Origin: Candidatus Uhrbacteria bacterium GW2011_GWF2_39_13
GTDB lineage: Bacteria; Patescibacteriota; Patescibacteriia; UBA9934; GWF2-40-263
Direction of reading: 5' to 3'
NCBI GenBank assembly: GCA_000993535.1
Contig: LBWG01000008.1
Span: 1-59,900 of the forward strand
DNA: 59,900 nucleotides
Shown here: in pieces, positions 34,021-41,969 of the stretch
Position numbering within the stretch: the stretch's first letter is position 1
Layout: each line of letters opens with the position of its first letter
Notes under the pieces: generated by a model
Database searches by the model: none
Told to the model about the DNA's origin: nothing
What the model saw: the letters and a program-made list of their open reading frames with translations, nothing else
Position numbers and translations under genes: made by a program

Positions 34021-36594
34021 ATGATAAGTTTCAGAATAATATCCACATATTTTATATTTACACTGTTGATAGCATCTGCATTCGGGACGGAACCAGGACA
34101 GGAAAAAGAAATAATAAGTATCGTGGAAAGCGGGCGGACTGTCTTTCAGAGAATGGAACCGGATGCCGGACTCTGTCTCTCTATCAGGAATTCAGGAGAA
34201 AAAACTCTGTCTGCTGTTTCTGCCCGCATAAATTCAGCAGATAATATATTGAGAGATAAAATTGCGATCCCGGATATTTCACCGCAGAGCAGTATATCCG
34301 TAAAAATACCAATAGATACAACATTAAAACCGGGCAAATATGATACAGGCCTGCATTTCACGGGGATGCTGGAAAATCTTCAGTTTGATAAAGAGATTAC
34401 GCTTATCATTATTATCGTGCCAAGGCAGAATAAAGATGAATTTCCCGTAATACTATGGAGTGTTTCCAGTCTTGATAAAATAAAGGGCATCGGCTTTACC
34501 CATGCCGGCCTTCCCCTTTCCAGAAACTATGAAAATATATGGAAAAAAGGAAAACCTCTCGGACTCCAAAGCAATAATCTACTGAAAAAAATGGATGATG
34601 CCATGTCATCCGGAATTAGATGCATGATAAATATGCTTCCTGGTGAATGCATCAGCGCTTCTGAAAACCTGAAAATGAAGTATCAGAGAATAGACAGAAA
34701 CGGCGGAACATACAGAAGGTGCGGTCTCTGTGGTAATTTCCCGGAAATCCAGAATTATTTTTATAATGTCGGAGCTTCAATTGCAATGAGCTATGGAAAA
34801 CATCCGGCGTTTCAGGCGGTAAACATTAATACAGAAGTACGTGACACGTCGGAAATCTGTTTCCATAAACATGACAGGGATGCTTATATCACTTATTCCG
34901 GAGAGGATTTCCCGGCGGAAGTTTCCTCAAAAAGAGGTTTGTCTGCGGCATTAAAACAAAAATATGTTCCTGTGAATGGCATTGTTCCAGATGACAATAC
35001 CATTCTGAAATTCTATAAGTGGTTTTGGAAAGAGGGCGATGCATGGAACATTTTGAATTCTAAAGTCCATGAAGGATTAAAGACATCCGGCAGGCCGGAT
35101 TTCTGGACCTTCAATGATCCGGCAGGGCGCGTCCCTCCGACATGGGGAAGCGGCGGAGATGTCGATGCCATATCGCACTGGACATATACTTATCCTGATC
35201 CTCTTAGAATGGCTCTTGCGGTAGATGAACTTTTTGCCATGGCAAAAGGAAAGCCCGGACAGAAAGTAATGAAAATGACCCAGGTCATATGGTATAGAAA
35301 GCAGACTGCTCCAACATTACCTGCAAAAGAAAAGTACCGTGCGGAATGGGAAAAGAAAGAACCTGATGCAACATTCATAACAACAGCTCCTGATCATTTG
35401 CGGGAAGCTTTCTGGTTAAAAATATCCAGACCAGTACAAGGGATAATGTATTTCGGCACAGGAGTTTTGTTTGGAGAAGGAAAAAGTCAGCGCCTGACGA
35501 ATCCTGAAACGCTTAAGGTACTTTCGGAATTGTTACATAAAACGCTAGCTCCATTGGGGCCGACACTATTGCAAGTGCCGGGCATACGCCCCGATGTAGC
35601 TATTCTTGAGAGCTTTACTTCCAGTGTCTTCGGTGAAGAAGCTACCTGGGGGTGGGCACGCGGGTGGACTGGCGATGCTCACCTGATGTTGCAATGGGCG
35701 CGTTTGCAGCCTGAGGTAATCTACGAGGAAACTATTGTACGCGATGGTTTGGATGGTGTCAAGGTGCTGTTAACGCCGAATTGCTCAGTGCTTCCAGTTA
35801 GTGTTTTTGAAAAAATCCGTGAGTTCCAGCGTAAAGGCGGAATAATAGTAGCGGACCAGAATCTGGCACCTGCGCTGAAGTCTGATATACTTCTTCGCAA
35901 ATTTACCCGCAATGGGCCTCCTGACAAATCCAAGACTGAATTACAGAATATGGCATCAAAACTCAGAGATGAATTGAAAGAAGTCTATACTCCGTCCCTG
36001 GATTCATCTGACTCTGATGTAATAGTGTACAGACGTGCATATAAAGACACCGATTACATTTTTGCGATCAATGATAAACGTACTTATGGAGACTATGTCG
36101 GACATCATCGCAAAGTTATGGAGAAAGGACTCCCTAATACTGCCGAATTATTTCTGAAACGCAAAAACGTCTGTGTCTATGACCTGACCGAAAACCGTGA
36201 GATACTGACGAAATCTACAGAGAACGGGATAAAATGGAACGCTGATCTTGCGCCCGGCGGTGGACGGCTTTATATGGTTTCATCCAGGCCATTGGAGAAA
36301 ATTATTATTGATGTCGCACCTCGCAAGGAGGACGAACAGAAAGTCCGCATATCTGCAAAAGTTACGGATAAAAAACTTCAACCGTTGGATGCCGTTGTGC
36401 CGATGGAAATAAAAATTATCGACCCGAAAGGGAAAGAGGCCGAGTTCAGTGGTTATTATGGAGCAAAGGACGGCATTCAGGAAATAAATCTTGATCTGGC
36501 GAAAAACGATGGACCCGGAACATGGATAATAAAAGCAAAGGAATTAGCTACGGGCAAAACTGCGGAAGCTGCTTTCAAATTTATTAAAAAATAG
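34021..36594 (+). CDS. secreted hypothetical protein (857 aa), possible glycoside-hydrolase-like protein with a GH42M/GATase1-like module
   Basis: Signal-peptide-like N-terminus (MISFRIISTYFIFTLLIASAFG). ...GVKVLLTPNCSVLPVSVFEKIREFQRKGGIIVADQN... resembles the trimerisation/GATase1-like domain of GH42-type proteins. The C-terminus looks Ig-like. Coding is secure; function is not. Confidence 0.4.
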   Translation: MISFRIISTYFIFTLLIASAFGTEPGQEKEIISIVESGRTVFQRMEPDAGLCLSIRNSGEKTLSAVSARINSADNILRDKIAIPDISPQSSISVKIPIDTTLKPGKYDTGLHFTGMLENLQFDKEITLIIIIVPRQNKDEFPVILWSVSSLDKIKGIGFTHAGLPLSRNYENIWKKGKPLGLQSNNLLKKMDDAMSSGIRCMINMLPGECISASENLKMKYQRIDRNGGTYRRCGLCGNFPEIQNYFYNVGASIAMSYGKHPAFQAVNINTEVRDTSEICFHKHDRDAYITYSGEDFPAEVSSKRGLSAALKQKYVPVNGIVPDDNTILKFYKWFWKEGDAWNILNSKVHEGLKTSGRPDFWTFNDPAGRVPPTWGSGGDVDAISHWTYTYPDPLRMALAVDELFAMAKGKPGQKVMKMTQVIWYRKQTAPTLPAKEKYRAEWEKKEPDATFITTAPDHLREAFWLKISRPVQGIMYFGTGVLFGEGKSQRLTNPETLKVLSELLHKTLAPLGPTLLQVPGIRPDVAILESFTSSVFGEEATWGWARGWTGDAHLMLQWARLQPEVIYEETIVRDGLDGVKVLLTPNCSVLPVSVFEKIREFQRKGGIIVADQNLAPALKSDILLRKFTRNGPPDKSKTELQNMASKLRDELKEVYTPSLDSSDSDVIVYRRAYKDTDYIFAINDKRTYGDYVGHHRKVMEKGLPNTAELFLKRKNVCVYDLTENREILTKSTENGIKWNADLAPGGGRLYMVSSRPLEKIIIDVAPRKEDEQKVRISAKVTDKKLQPLDAVVPMEIKIIDPKGKEAEFSGYYGAKDGIQEINLDLAKNDGPGTWIIKAKELATGKTAEAAFKFIKK

Positions 36595-36621
36595 TAAATA
36601 TCAACTAGGGAAAAAGCAAAA

Positions 36622-37758
36622 ATGAATGAAAGGGTTCAAGTCGGAATTATTGGTTTGGGAACTATGGGACAGGGGCATATCAAAACCCTCCTGAATGATG
36701 TTCCTAACTGTGAAGTCGTTGCCGTATGTGATACAGATGAGAAACGGTTTAAAGAAGCGGAAGGAAAAGGGCTTCTGAGTGAAAAAATGCAGCGTTTTTC
36801 TTCATACGGTAAATTGATAGACTCAGATCTCTGCAAAGCTGTTGTTGTTGTTACACCACATCCGTTTCATCCTGAAATCAGTATCTATGCTTTCAGAAAA
36901 GGCCTGCACGTTCTAAGCGATAAACCGATAGCAATAACGGTTTCAGCCGCCGATGAAATGATAAGGGAATGGAAGAAGACTTCACTTAAATTTTCCACTA
37001 TGTATTCAATGCGCACTACCTCTGTAAACATAGCTATAAAGGATTTTCTGCTACAGGGAAAACTGGGTGATATCAGAAGAGTTGATATGGTCTGTACAAA
37101 ATGGCTCAGAACACAGAGATACTATGATGAACAGACTTGGAGAGGAACCTGGAAAGGCGAAGGGGCGGGACTTCTTTTAAATCAGGCGCCGCATAATCTT
37201 GATCTTCTTTACTGGTGGTTTGGTCCGGCAGAAGCGGTATCAGCAGAAGTGTCAAAAAGGTTCCACAATATTGAGACAGAAGATGAAGTTACTGCAAATA
37301 TCAGAACTAGATCCGGATTTCCCATCAGGTTTTATTCAACCACAGGCGAAGCTCCCGGTTTCGACAGAGTGGAAATTGTAGGGAGTAAAGGAACATTGAT
37401 CAGGGATGGGCGAATGGCTAAAGTTTTCACTTTCCTTGAATTGGAAGAAGAGATTGAAAAAACTATTTATGAAAATGAGAATACTATGCTGGATGTTGCA
37501 TTTTAAAAAACGGAAATTGAAGTTCCTGATTTGCCCAGAGGACATAAAATAGTATTTCAAGATTTCTTCGATGCAATCATCAATGACAGTGAAAACAGCG
37601 GTATGCTTGCTCCTGGCGATGAGGGAATACATTCGCTGGAATGGGCAAACGCGATGCTTATGTCTTCAATCGAAAAACGTGAAATAATACTTCCCATTGA
37701 TAGAAAGAAATATGATGAATTATTAGAAAAATTGAGAAACGGAAAAATTAAAATATAG
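36622..37758 (+). pseudogene. Gfo/Idh/MocA-family oxidoreductase interrupted by a single in-frame TAA (37504-37506)
   Basis: ORFs 36622..37506 and 37531..37758 are in the same frame (37531-36622 = 909). Reading through gives ...LDVAF*KTEIEVPDLPRGHKIVFQDFFDAII..., a normal Gfo/Idh/MocA C-terminal domain. The N-terminus VQVGIIGLGTMGQGH is the Rossmann motif. Confidence 0.7.
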
Positions 37759-37771
37759 AAAGGTAAAAACC

Positions 37772-38656
37772 ATGAAAATCGCAATCACCCCTATAAGTGT
37801 TTCCAGAATGTTCCGTTCAGGAGAAATGGACATTGAAAAATTCATGCAATTCTGCGCCGAACTGGAGATTGACGGCATTGACTTGCTCGATTCGAATTAT
37901 TATCCGTGGTTCTGGAAAGATAAGAAAAATGAAATCAGGAAAATTCCGGGTTTGCTTGAGAAATACGGGCTCAAACTTGCCGCTTGTGCCACAGCAAATA
38001 ATTTTGCTAAACTGAAAGAAGAAGACAGAAAAACTACTGTTGAAAAAGTAAAGTCGGCAATTGCTGAAGCCGCTGAACTTGGAGCGCCCATGCTTCGTGT
38101 TTTCGGCGGTCATCATTATGATTTTGGCGGGGAAGCCGCAATTGATCATTGGAATGGTCTAAAGTTAGTTATGGAGGGACTGGAAAAATGCGTTGAGGAA
38201 GCGGCGCGTTACAAGGTGGTACTGGCGCTAGAAAACCATGGAAGGCTTCCGGGGCATTCATATGAAGTGGAAGCTATCATAAAGCATTTTAATTCTCCCT
38301 GGGTAAAAGTGATGTTCGACTGTGCTAATTTCATGGGGAATGCAATGGATGAGCCGGAAAATCCTCTGCGCGCATATGAACGACTTAAAAAACATGTTGT
38401 TCATGTCCATGTGAAAGACACGGGCCCAGCAATCACGTCAAACCTGCGCAGAATGGAAGGTTATGTCGCGGGAATGGGTAAAGTACCGCTCAGACAGTTT
38501 GCGGCATTGCTTGAAGAAAATAATTATCAGGGATTCTGTTCCCTGGAATATGAAGCGTCCGCAATTGTCCCGGAAACTATCGGTGTAAAACAGAGCATTG
38601 AATATCTCAAACGCATCAGGGCTATTCATCAGATGTTCAAAGAAGAAAACAAATAG
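37772..38656 (+). CDS. xylose-isomerase-like TIM-barrel protein (sugar phosphate isomerase/epimerase family)
   Basis: 294 aa. ...GIDLLD..., APMLRVFGG, VVLALENHG, HVHVKD and SLEYE motifs are typical of the AP_endonuc_2 / IolE / MocC-like family. Confidence 0.8.
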   Translation: MKIAITPISVSRMFRSGEMDIEKFMQFCAELEIDGIDLLDSNYYPWFWKDKKNEIRKIPGLLEKYGLKLAACATANNFAKLKEEDRKTTVEKVKSAIAEAAELGAPMLRVFGGHHYDFGGEAAIDHWNGLKLVMEGLEKCVEEAARYKVVLALENHGRLPGHSYEVEAIIKHFNSPWVKVMFDCANFMGNAMDEPENPLRAYERLKKHVVHVHVKDTGPAITSNLRRMEGYVAGMGKVPLRQFAALLEENNYQGFCSLEYEASAIVPETIGVKQSIEYLKRIRAIHQMFKEENK

Positions 38657-38663
38657 GTGAAAA

Positions 38664-39521
38664 ATGGATGTTGTTCAGGAAATAAGACTGATGTCCATAA
38701 TGGCGCATCAGGATGATTTTGAATTTACTGCGGCTGGCACGTTTGCCCTCATGAGAAAACATTACGGGGATAAGGTCAGAATTAAAATATTGACCACCAC
38801 CCGCGGGGCTTCGGGGCATCATCAGATGAACACTGAAGAGACATTCAGGAGGAGAGATGCAGAGGCCCGCAGAAGCGCGGAAACAATCGGCGCTGAATAT
38901 GAGTGTCTCAAATGCCTGGACGGAAATCATGTCGAAGCGCAGTTCTTCCCGGATAGAAACGCTCTCGGCGGTTTGTGGAACGCGATAAGAAAATTCCGTC
39001 CCGATTACATATTCTGCCCTCCTGTAATAAACAATCCTCTGGCAGGCATTCATGTTGACCATTACAATACGGCGGTGGCGGTAAGGATGCTGGGGTATCA
39101 GCTGACAGTTCCTCATGCTTATCCGGTGACAGGTGATGCGGTGGCTGAACGGGTGGATTTCCCTCTCATAATAAATGTGGATGACATGTATGCCAGAGAA
39201 AACGAGTGGCATTTCTGCATAGATGTGAGCGAAGTTTACGATAAGAAAAAAGTTCCCATGGCGCTCTGTCATGAATCGCAAATTTTTGAATGGCTTCCGT
39301 GGAATGCAAACATTCAGCCACCAACGACTGAACAATTCAAAGAAAACTTTATAAACAGGCATTTAAACATAAATAAACGCTATGGCCTGAATGATGGTAT
39401 TATGAGAGAGTTTTTCAGGATTACGGGCTGGAGTCGGAAATCTCTGCCAAAAGATTTCAAGACCATATTTCAGCGCATGAGCTTATCGGATGTCGGAAAG
39501 GAAGTATTGGAGAACGGATAG
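38664..39521 (+). CDS. PIG-L/LmbE-family deacetylase
   Basis: 285 aa. LMSIMAHQDDFEFTAAG is an AHPDD-type signature. A second His/Asp region is at HVDHYN. Confidence 0.75.
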   Translation: MDVVQEIRLMSIMAHQDDFEFTAAGTFALMRKHYGDKVRIKILTTTRGASGHHQMNTEETFRRRDAEARRSAETIGAEYECLKCLDGNHVEAQFFPDRNALGGLWNAIRKFRPDYIFCPPVINNPLAGIHVDHYNTAVAVRMLGYQLTVPHAYPVTGDAVAERVDFPLIINVDDMYARENEWHFCIDVSEVYDKKKVPMALCHESQIFEWLPWNANIQPPTTEQFKENFINRHLNINKRYGLNDGIMREFFRITGWSRKSLPKDFKTIFQRMSLSDVGKEVLENG

Positions 39522-39587
39522 TAATAATATTAGAGAAAGTATACTCTATTAGTTTAATATTTTAAAACGCTTAAACTCACAGGTCAA

Positions 39588-39843
39588 CAGTATCCCTAAT
39601 TCCTAAAGGGTGTCATAATTTATTGCGGTCACACACACAAGATAGAAACGGTATTTTTTTGAGTTTGAGAGTATCACATAATAATAATACAAGTTCGAAA
39701 ATCATGGATGCTCTGGCATTCATCAAGAACAAACCCAAGTCCACTTTTTACTAAAATCGTAAATTTGACGAATAGTTGACTGAAGGATGGATTGTTCAAA
39801 TCAATCCTTCAGTTTCTGGAAGCCAATATTTGGAGACTACAAA
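39588..39843 (+). repeat. copy C of the dispersed repeat family, filling the gap between two convergent operons
   Basis: 39652-39843 aligns by eye with 18275-18467. Contains the hairpin 39782-39810. The left end is CAGTATCCCTAATTCC. The right end (GGAGACTACAAA) stops 1 nt before the TAA (39844-39846, complement) of the GH42-like gene. Confidence 0.6.
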
Positions 39844-41916
39844 TTATATTTCATATTTTATAATTGCATGGCGCATTATGGATTTCAAAATTGTTTCATG
39901 TCGACAATTATTTTTTTGCCAGGAAAGCTTGACAGGTTCTTTTTTTTCCGGTAAATAAAGCAATGAATTTTTCGGGATATGACCGCTTAATATGGAAAAA
40001 TTCATGTCAACTCCTCCCTTTAATTCTCCGCAGCGCATAAGCAGACAGCCCTGAGAATTGTCAGAAAACAGGACCCAGTCATGTCTGACTTCCGGATGCC
40101 CGTATATTTTTACGGGTTCGAGATCGGTTTTCAGCCATTCTATCATGCCGACAATTTCGTCCGCATTATATGGGTCTTTCCAATAGCGGCTGTCTATCGA
40201 GTTGTAATGGACATTATGTTTCGACTGGAAGACTCCCGGCTTGTATTTATAATCGATTTTTCCGATATATGCACATTTTCCCTTTCCGTACGTTGAGGTA
40301 ATGTTCTCTCCATTTTTCTGCGCCGTGGAGAATTGTTTATTAGGGTCGTAGTTCGCCGTTTCCTCAGTGGAGTCGGAACTGCCTGAAAAACTTCCGCCGA
40401 AAAGTTCAGCGAAAGCAGGATTGCAGCGTTTTCTGAAATCAACATTGAAAGCTCCTGACTTTTCAGTAACAAGAAGGGCAGCGCCATTTTTAACAAACGA
40501 AAAAATGACAGAAAGCTGAGTCTCGGAAATATATTCCGCATCAGGCAGTATCAGGAGATCAAAATCTTTTAATCCTTCTTCTGTTATAAATTCATCCTGG
40601 ACAATACTGAAAGGAATGCGGCGCTTGAAAAGAATATGCTCCATCACACACGCTGAAATATGAGAATCGTAATTAACAAGGGCCAATGACCTCTGATTTC
40701 GCCATACCGCAATGCGGGCTAAAGGCTTTACACCGCAATAAATATTTTTATGGCAGTTGAAGAAATCTGATAATTCCTGTATGCCGGGGCCCGGCTCCTC
40801 CAGAGCATTTTTCCTGGGTTCTGCGTATCCCCATCTGGAATAGATTCCGGGATTGCCAGAGAATGTCAGGTTAAAGCTCATTTCCTCATCAGTTTTAAAG
40901 GCCGTAATAACACTTTTTCCCAAGCGTCTCATGAGGTTCATTCCGCGCATCTTATGAGTCACCCTCGGTATTGCGTCAATATCGGTATCGGGACGCAAAT
41001 CAGGATTTTCTTCCCACACTATATCTACATATTTAGCCTGCGCCGTTGAATTGATGCCGTGAGTGAAAGCCTGGTTCACGCCCCACACCGACTGGCCGTT
41101 GGAATCTATGGCTATGCATGGATTCACTTTTTTGGCGTATTCAGATAATTCCTTAATATAATCAGTCACTGTGTCGCAGCGGAACTCGATCCATTCCTGC
41201 ATCAGGGGATTTTTTATTCTTTCCAGTTCCCATGGATTAAGGAAACGGAGATAGAAGTTAGGGGCCCTGAATGTTTCAAAGCCACCAAAACCGAAACGTT
41301 TTTTCTGTTCGTTTTCCGACGGATACCGCAGCCGCAGGAATTCCCTGAATTTTTCCTGGCAGTACCGGCAGTGACAGCTGTCCGGCTCCGGCCATACCGC
41401 CAAATTATCAAAATGCAATAAATCCGTTTTCACATAATTAACGGCTTTTTCTATTTGCTTTTTCATGTGTTCGCGCCAGCCGGGGGAATTGAAACATGCA
41501 ACCCATCGCCATGATTGTTCCCCTCCGTAATGGACAAATCTGTTGTCATGCGTATGCACAACCCAGTCTTCACAGTCCGGATAATCTTTCAGCATGGATT
41601 CAAAATAAACGGTGTTTGCAAGATATACCCCGTGTTTCATGTTATGCTTATGGCATAATTCTGCCAACTGCCTGGCTTTTTCCTGTTCTTCTTTCTGATC
41701 AGTGTCGCTTAATCCACGGTCGAACTGTCCGACTATCAAATTTATTCCGAGCAGTTTCAGTCTGGCAATCCGCTCTTCGCTGTATTCCCATTCATATAAT
41801 TCCTCTTCATTGTCCAGAGCGTTTCCGGCCCTTAATCTTCCGGCTAACGGGTGCCATCCTCCGGCAAGATAGATTCCTTCATTTTTCCACCAGTCATTTC
41901 TCTGTTGCGTAATCAT
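39844..41916 (-). CDS. GH42-like glycoside hydrolase (beta-galactosidase-family architecture), cytoplasmic
   Basis: 690 aa. VACFNSPGWREH and the C-x-C-x2-C cluster CHCRYCQEKFREFLRLRY mirror the GH42 zinc-site/FR.WL region. FDLLILPDAEYISETQLSVIFSFVKNGAALLV resembles the GH42 trimerisation (GATase1-like) domain. Confidence 0.6.
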   Translation of the reverse strand: MITQQRNDWWKNEGIYLAGGWHPLAGRLRAGNALDNEEELYEWEYSEERIARLKLLGINLIVGQFDRGLSDTDQKEEQEKARQLAELCHKHNMKHGVYLANTVYFESMLKDYPDCEDWVVHTHDNRFVHYGGEQSWRWVACFNSPGWREHMKKQIEKAVNYVKTDLLHFDNLAVWPEPDSCHCRYCQEKFREFLRLRYPSENEQKKRFGFGGFETFRAPNFYLRFLNPWELERIKNPLMQEWIEFRCDTVTDYIKELSEYAKKVNPCIAIDSNGQSVWGVNQAFTHGINSTAQAKYVDIVWEENPDLRPDTDIDAIPRVTHKMRGMNLMRRLGKSVITAFKTDEEMSFNLTFSGNPGIYSRWGYAEPRKNALEEPGPGIQELSDFFNCHKNIYCGVKPLARIAVWRNQRSLALVNYDSHISACVMEHILFKRRIPFSIVQDEFITEEGLKDFDLLILPDAEYISETQLSVIFSFVKNGAALLVTEKSGAFNVDFRKRCNPAFAELFGGSFSGSSDSTEETANYDPNKQFSTAQKNGENITSTYGKGKCAYIGKIDYKYKPGVFQSKHNVHYNSIDSRYWKDPYNADEIVGMIEWLKTDLEPVKIYGHPEVRHDWVLFSDNSQGCLLMRCGELKGGVDMNFSILSGHIPKNSLLYLPEKKEPVKLSWQKNNCRHETILKSIMRHAIIKYEI

Positions 41917-41969
41917 TTAAAACCTCAAATTTATATTGCTTGGTACATTGAATTTTTTCTTTTAAAATG

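Noticed and set aside
37504-37506. TAA stop-codon reassignment or programmed read-through as the explanation for the split Gfo/Idh/MocA gene
   Set aside because: TAA terminates many well-defined ORFs in this same window at positions matching normal family lengths (for example the GH42-like gene at 39844 and the plus-strand partial CDS at 218-220). A nonsense mutation or a homopolymer-associated sequencing error in TTTTAAAAAA is the simpler explanation.
38637-39362. 241-aa ORF on the minus strand, plus similar long antisense ORFs at 42393-43118 (+), 20961-21614 (+), 13981-14598 (+), 19496-20047 (+), 25339-25875 (-), 2575-3057 (+), 59287-59781 (+) and 16046-16507 (+)
   Set aside because: Each lies entirely, or almost entirely, antisense to an ORF with clear family motifs (LmbE, amidohydrolase, SDR, isomerase, M24, HTH, Rrf2). 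Their translations are low-complexity and Cys/Phe/Ser/Arg-rich, with no recognisable motifs. I treat them as shadow ORFs.
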